A DNA stretch of 64,000 nt from Atribacterota bacterium (GTDB taxonomy: Bacteria; Atribacterota; Phoenicimicrobiia; Phoenicimicrobiales; Stramentimicrobiaceae): the NCBI GenBank assembly GCA_028703475.1, contig JAQVMU010000002.1, positions 29 through 64,028 on the forward strand. Direction: 5' to 3'. Shown here in pieces: positions 59,569 through 64,000 of the stretch. The translations under genes and the position numbers were made by a program. The first letter of the stretch is position 1, and the number at the start of each line of letters is the position of its first letter. A model generated the notes under the pieces. It did no database searches, was not told the DNA's origin, and saw only the letters and a list, made by a program, of their open reading frames with translations.

Positions 59569-62097
59569 ATGATTAATGATGAAAGCAAAGAAAATAGAGA
59601 AGAAAATAGAGATAAAGAAGAAGAAATAGTAAAAGTGCAGGAAATTCCTACTGATATTACAAACGAAATTAAAACAGCCTATATCAACTATGCTATGAGC
59701 GTTATAATAGGTAGGGCAATACCGGATGCAAGAGATGGTTTAAAACCAGTTCACAGACGTGTTTTATATTCCATGTATAAATTAGGCAATACCCCTGATA
59801 AACCTCATAAAAAGTCAGCAAGGATTGTGGGAGACACTCTTGGTAAATATCATCCCCATGGTGATACAGCAGTTTATGATACTATTGTCAGAATGGCCCA
59901 GGATTTTTCTTACAGATACCCGCTGGCAGACGGTCAGGGGAATTTTGGTTCAATTGATGGGGATTCAGCAGCAGCTATGCGTTATACCGAGGTCAGAATG
60001 TCACCAATTGCACAGGAGATGCTTGCAGACATTAAAAAAGATACGGTTGATTTTATACCAAATTTTGATAATTCCCTGGAAGAACCAACTATATTACCGG
60101 CACCTGTTCCCCAATTATTAATAAACGGGTCTTCAGGTATTGCTGTAGGTATGGCAACTAATATTCCACCTCATAATTTGGCAGAAGTTATTGATGCCTG
60201 TGTTTTATTAATAGATAATCCGGAAGCTGATCTTAAAGAAATAATGAAAGTTCTTCCTGGTCCGGATTTTCCGACAGGTGCAACTATTTATGGTATATCA
60301 GGAATACAACAGGCTTATAAAACCGGTAAGGGAATTATTACTTTAAAGGCAAGAATTATTACTGAGAACCATGAAAAGAAGAACAAATCAGCAGCCCCTG
60401 TTTTAGTAGTTAAAGAACTGCCATATCAGGTTAATAAAGCTAATCTTGTGGAAGAAATCGCTAATTTGGTTCAAGACAAAAAAATCGTCGAAATTTCTGC
60501 CCTCAGAGATGAATCTGACAGAAACGGAATGAGAGTTGTTATTGAACTAAAAAAGGGAAGCAATGTAAATGTGGTTTTAAATAATCTTTATAAACACACA
60601 AAATTAAAGACTTCTTTTGGAATCAATATGTTGTCCATTGTAGATGGAAGACCTAAACTGCTTAATTTACGTGAAGCTTTAGATTGTTTCTTAGCTCATC
60701 GCAAAGAAGTGGTTCAGAGGCGTTCCAGATATGAATTGAATCAGGCAAAAGATAGGGCACATATATTAGAAGGGTTAAAAATTGCATTAGCAAATATTGA
60801 TGAAGTTATACAAATTATTAAAAAATCAAAGGATGTCCAATCAGCCCATCAACAGCTTCGAAAAAGATTCAGTCTAAGTGATAAACAGGCACAGGCAATT
60901 TTAGACATGCGCTTGCAGAGGCTTACATCTTTAGAAGTAAAGAAATTAGAAGAAGAATATAAGGACCTCATTAAGAGAATTGCTTATCTGGAAGATATTT
61001 TGGCAAATCCAAGAAAACTTATGCTTACTATTAAAGATGAATTATTGGATTTAAAGAAAAAATATGCAGATAATAGACTTACTCAGATCGTGAAAGAAGA
61101 AAAAGAATTTGAAGTAGAGGATTTCATTGCCGAAGAAGATATAGTCATCACTTATACTAAAGATGGCTACTTAAAAAGACTCCCCCTTAATACTTATCGC
61201 AAACAGAGAAGAGGAGGCAGGGGTATTATTGGAATGGGAGTAAAGAAAGAAGATTTGGTAGACAACCTTTATATTACTACTAATTTACATGATATTCTAT
61301 TCTTCTCTAATAAAGGTACTGTATACCGTAGAAAAGCCTATCAAATTCCTGAAGGAGGCAGAACTTCCAGAGGTATTGCAGTAGTGAATTTACTGGGAAT
61401 CCAAAAAGATGAAAAGATTACCACTGTTATTCCTATACGTTCAGCAAAAATAGATAATTCCCGTGAAGAAAACAAGTGGTATTTGTATATGGCGACTAAA
61501 CATGGGAAGGTTAAAAAGACACCCTTAAGTGCATTTGCCAGCTTAAGAAATAAAGAGATTATTGCAATTTCACTGGTAGATGGTGATGAATTAATTAGAG
61601 TAAGATTGGCAGAGGACAAAGATAATGTTATTCTAAGTACCCGAAAAGGTAAATCAACATATTTTTCCGGTAAAAATATCCGCTCGATGGGTAGAACTGC
61701 TATGGGGTGCCGGGGAATGATTTTATCAAAAGAAGATTATTTGCTTGATATTAGCCTGGTTAATCCTGATTCTGAGGAAGACCTGCTTTTAATTACCGAA
61801 AACGGTTCAGGCAAAAGAACTCCTTTAAAATCATATAGACTCTCAAAATCAAGAGGATGTAAAGGAGTTAAATCTATACGGTCCAGTAAGGAGCGTGGAG
61901 AGGTAGTCTCTGCAAAGGTAGTCAGTGAGAGGGATGAATTAGTTATTATAAGCCAGAAGGGCATTATTATTCGGGTTCCTATAAAAGAAATAAGCCAGAC
62001 TGGTAGAAATTCAATGGGAGTAAAGGTTATGAACCTGGATGAAGACGACAAAGTAGCCAGTGTAGCAACTGTTCCCCAATCCAGAGTAATAGATTAA
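59569..62097 (+). CDS. gyrA: DNA gyrase subunit A
   Basis: Active-site Tyr region ..[10 protein letters not shown].., a QRDR-like segment, the C-terminal beta-pinwheel repeats and a K/E-rich 25-aa N-terminal extension. Confidence 0.95.
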   Translation: MINDESKENREENRDKEEEIVKVQEIPTDITNEIKTAYINYAMSVIIGRAIPDARDGLKPVHRRVLYSMYKLGNTPDKPHKKSARIVGDTLGKYHPHGDTAVYDTIVRMAQDFSYRYPLADGQGNFGSIDGDSAAAMRYTEVRMSPIAQEMLADIKKDTVDFIPNFDNSLEEPTILPAPVPQLLINGSSGIAVGMATNIPPHNLAEVIDACVLLIDNPEADLKEIMKVLPGPDFPTGATIYGISGIQQAYKTGKGIITLKARIITENHEKKNKSAAPVLVVKELPYQVNKANLVEEIANLVQDKKIVEISALRDESDRNGMRVVIELKKGSNVNVVLNNLYKHTKLKTSFGINMLSIVDGRPKLLNLREALDCFLAHRKEVVQRRSRYELNQAKDRAHILEGLKIALANIDEVIQIIKKSKDVQSAHQQLRKRFSLSDKQAQAILDMRLQRLTSLEVKKLEEEYKDLIKRIAYLEDILANPRKLMLTIKDELLDLKKKYADNRLTQIVKEEKEFEVEDFIAEEDIVITYTKDGYLKRLPLNTYRKQRRGGRGIIGMGVKKEDLVDNLYITTNLHDILFFSNKGTVYRRKAYQIPEGGRTSRGIAVVNLLGIQKDEKITTVIPIRSAKIDNSREENKWYLYMATKHGKVKKTPLSAFASLRNKEIIAISLVDGDELIRVRLAEDKDNVILSTRKGKSTYFSGKNIRSMGRTAMGCRGMILSKEDYLLDISLVNPDSEEDLLLITENGSGKRTPLKSYRLSKSRGCKGVKSIRSSKERGEVVSAKVVSERDELVIISQKGIIIRVPIKEISQTGRNSMGVKVMNLDEDDKVASVATVPQSRVID

Positions 62098-62115
62098 TTA
62101 TTTTTAAATAATCTT

Positions 62116-62144
62116 TTGACAAAAGAATAAACCGATGGTAGAAT
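62116..62144 (+). promoter_or_regulatory. sigma-70/sigA-type promoter (TTGACA-17-TAGAAT) for the hom leader
   Basis: Perfect -35 hexamer, 17-nt spacer, near-consensus -10. Confidence 0.5.
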
Positions 62145-62149
62145 ATCAA

Positions 62150-62350
62150 AAATCTTATATAGAATAACCGATGAAGGGAATAGTAGGATGCTTGCAAATC
62201 AAAGCAAGCCGCTGAAGACCAACCCGGAGGTTAAAATATAAATAGTAACGAGTTGTTCAAACGATATTTATATTACTGAGTATGGTTTGAAAAATAAAGT
62301 GGAACCGCGAAAAGCCTTTCGTCTTTAATAAGACGGAAGGCTTTTTTAAT
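62150..62350 (+). promoter_or_regulatory. T-box leader (tRNA-sensing riboswitch) with putative Thr (ACC) specifier and intrinsic terminator
   Basis: Stem I-like hairpin 62170..62235. T-box sequence AAAGUGGAACCGCGAAAAGCC at 62296..62316, against the consensus AANNNGGGUGGNACCGCG. Terminator GCCUUUCGUCUU-UAAU-AAGACGGAAGGC plus U6 at 62313..62347. Confidence 0.55.
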
Positions 62351-62392
62351 ATTGAATGATAATTTTAAGAAAAATATTAATGAGGTGTTGAA

Positions 62393-63694
62393 ATGATGAC
62401 AGAAAACAGAGAAGTTGGAATCGGGATTTTAGGCTTAGGAAACATAGGTAAAGGAGCCCTGGATATCTTAGAAAAAAACAAAAAGTTTATAGAAAAAGAA
62501 ATCAGCCCCAGCAAGATAAGGATAACAGGCTTAGCTGATTTAGATAAAAGCAGGAAACCAGTATTGGAAGAATACAGCTCTGTCTTCACTTCATCAACCG
62601 GGGAAGTAATTAATAACCCAGCAACTGATATTGTGGTAGAAGCTATCGGTGGAGAATATCCTGCCTATAACCTAATTAAACAAGCCTTAATGGCTGGAAA
62701 GCATGTTGTTTCTCCGAATAAAGAGCTTATTGCGAAACATGGATATGAATTGCTGGAAATAGCCAAAGAGAAAAAGGTACAATTTTTGTTTGAGACTTCA
62801 GTAGCAAGCGCAATTCCCATACTTGGAACTCTTTCGAATGTTTTAACATCCTGTCCGTTAGACAGGATTTCGGGTATTTTAAATGGTACTACTAATTATG
62901 TTTTAGATCTTATGTTTGAGAAGAACATGACACAAAAAAAAGCACTACAAAAAGCACAGGAAATGGGCTATGCTGAGGCAGATCCCAGCAAGGATATTAT
63001 GGGGACAGATACGCTTTATAAAATATTTATTTTGTCATCACTGGGTTTTAGAACGCGTTTAGATCTTAATGATATTACTTATTCTGGTATTACGGAAATT
63101 ACTTATGAGGATATTGCTCTGGCTAAAGAGCTTGGCTACAAAATTAAGTTATTAGCAACATCTAATAAAAAAGATGATTATATCAATATTGAAGTGCAGC
63201 CAATGTTCGTCGAACAGGATGATCTGTTAAGTAAAATTTACGGAGCAAATAACGGAATAATATTACATGGTGAAAGTTATGGGGAGCTGTTTTTTTCCGG
63301 AGCAGGAGCAGGAGGAATTGCTGGTGGGAGTATGATTGTGAGTGACATTGTAAGAATAATAAGACAACCGGAATATTTTGAATACAATTATCTCCTGGAA
63401 AATTCCAATGGTTTAAAAATTAAAAAATTTAAACAGGAAAAAAGCCGATATTTTATAAGGATTAGAGAAGATATACAGAAGGACATTTGTTCTAAAATTG
63501 TAGAAATTTTAGAACAAAATGATTTATCTGCTGAAAAACATGTTAAACTACCTGTTAAAAAGGAGCAGGATATTGGAATTATTACAGGTTTTACAAATGA
63601 AGATAAACTAAGAAATACAATTAGAAACATAGGAGAACGGGAAAATAATTTTAAAGTAATGAGTATAATAAAAATTTTTAGTAACCCAAAATAA
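62393..63694 (+). CDS. hom: homoserine dehydrogenase (with C-terminal ACT domain)
   Basis: NAD(P)-binding GILGLGNIG and catalytic-domain motifs, with a GAGGTG RBS. Confidence 0.85.
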   Translation: MMTENREVGIGILGLGNIGKGALDILEKNKKFIEKEISPSKIRITGLADLDKSRKPVLEEYSSVFTSSTGEVINNPATDIVVEAIGGEYPAYNLIKQALMAGKHVVSPNKELIAKHGYELLEIAKEKKVQFLFETSVASAIPILGTLSNVLTSCPLDRISGILNGTTNYVLDLMFEKNMTQKKALQKAQEMGYAEADPSKDIMGTDTLYKIFILSSLGFRTRLDLNDITYSGITEITYEDIALAKELGYKIKLLATSNKKDDYINIEVQPMFVEQDDLLSKIYGANNGIILHGESYGELFFSGAGAGGIAGGSMIVSDIVRIIRQPEYFEYNYLLENSNGLKIKKFKQEKSRYFIRIREDIQKDICSKIVEILEQNDLSAEKHVKLPVKKEQDIGIITGFTNEDKLRNTIRNIGERENNFKVMSIIKIFSNPK

Positions 63695-63728
63695 GTAATA
63701 GAATTTTAATGGTTATCGGAGTAATACA

Positions 63729-64000
63729 ATGGTAAAAGTAAGAGTACCGGCAACAACAGCCAATCTTGGCTCAGGTTTTGATTGTCTTGGAATGGCTTTA
63801 TCTTTATATCTCGATATAGAGATGGAAAAAATAGACTGTGGTTTTGTTTTTCAGGCTGAAGGGGAAGGTTCTGAAATTCTTTCATCAGATAGAGATAATT
63901 TAATTTATAAAGCAGCCTCTCTTGTAATAGAGAAAATTGGCTTAAATCCCGAAAAAGAGGGAATTAAAATTTCTATAAGAAACGAAATACCTGTTGAAAG
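63729..64000 (+). CDS. thrB: homoserine kinase, 3' end runs off the window
   Basis: GHMP kinase N-terminal motif ..PATTANLGSGFD.., with a GGAG RBS. Confidence 0.8.
   Translation, partial: MVKVRVPATTANLGSGFDCLGMALSLYLDIEMEKIDCGFVFQAEGEGSEILSSDRDNLIYKAASLVIEKIGLNPEKEGIKISIRNEIPVE

Overview
This window is the chromosomal origin-of-replication region of an AT-rich (about 30% GC by eye) bacterium with an anaerobe-like gene set. The conserved origin block is present: mnmE, jag/khpB, yidC, yidD, rnpA and rpmH on the minus strand, then an oriC candidate with DnaA boxes, then dnaA, dnaN, recF, a DUF721 (yaaB/dciA-like) gene, gyrB and gyrA on the plus strand. A T-box-controlled hom-thrB follows gyrA. 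Upstream of the origin lie parA-parB with two perfect parS palindromes flanking rsmG. mnmG is absent from its usual position between mnmE and rsmG.

The first 45 kb is a metabolic and accessory region. It holds a class II fumarase, and an FbpA/AfuA-type ABC importer clustered with two xylose-isomerase-like TIM-barrel proteins and a PfkB kinase. It also holds a CDF metal exporter, an aromatic amino-acid fermentation cluster (iclR-iorAB-aminotransferase-ptb), a degraded IS200/IS605 tnpA pseudogene, and a gntR-fumA-fumB-malic enzyme operon.

Further on is a liv-type branched-chain amino-acid ABC operon interrupted by an FMN riboswitch and a RibU-like ECF S component, with EamA and DmpA genes downstream on the same strand. 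An M20 amidohydrolase, a PLP-dependent enzyme and ybaK follow. The remainder comprises an nfeD-floA-hypothetical operon, a Na/Pi cotransporter, a PIG-L homolog with substituted zinc ligands, an AAE-family permease, CCA-adding enzyme, a Cys-containing MarR overlapping a CMPC thioredoxin, a beta-CASP MBL RNase-like gene, a DUF401-like permease and asp23-amaP.

No rRNA, tRNA or CRISPR array was seen. The most distinctive unexplained element is the AfuA-like importer, TIM-barrel and PfkB locus, which looks like a sugar-phosphate or ketose utilisation system rather than an iron transporter.
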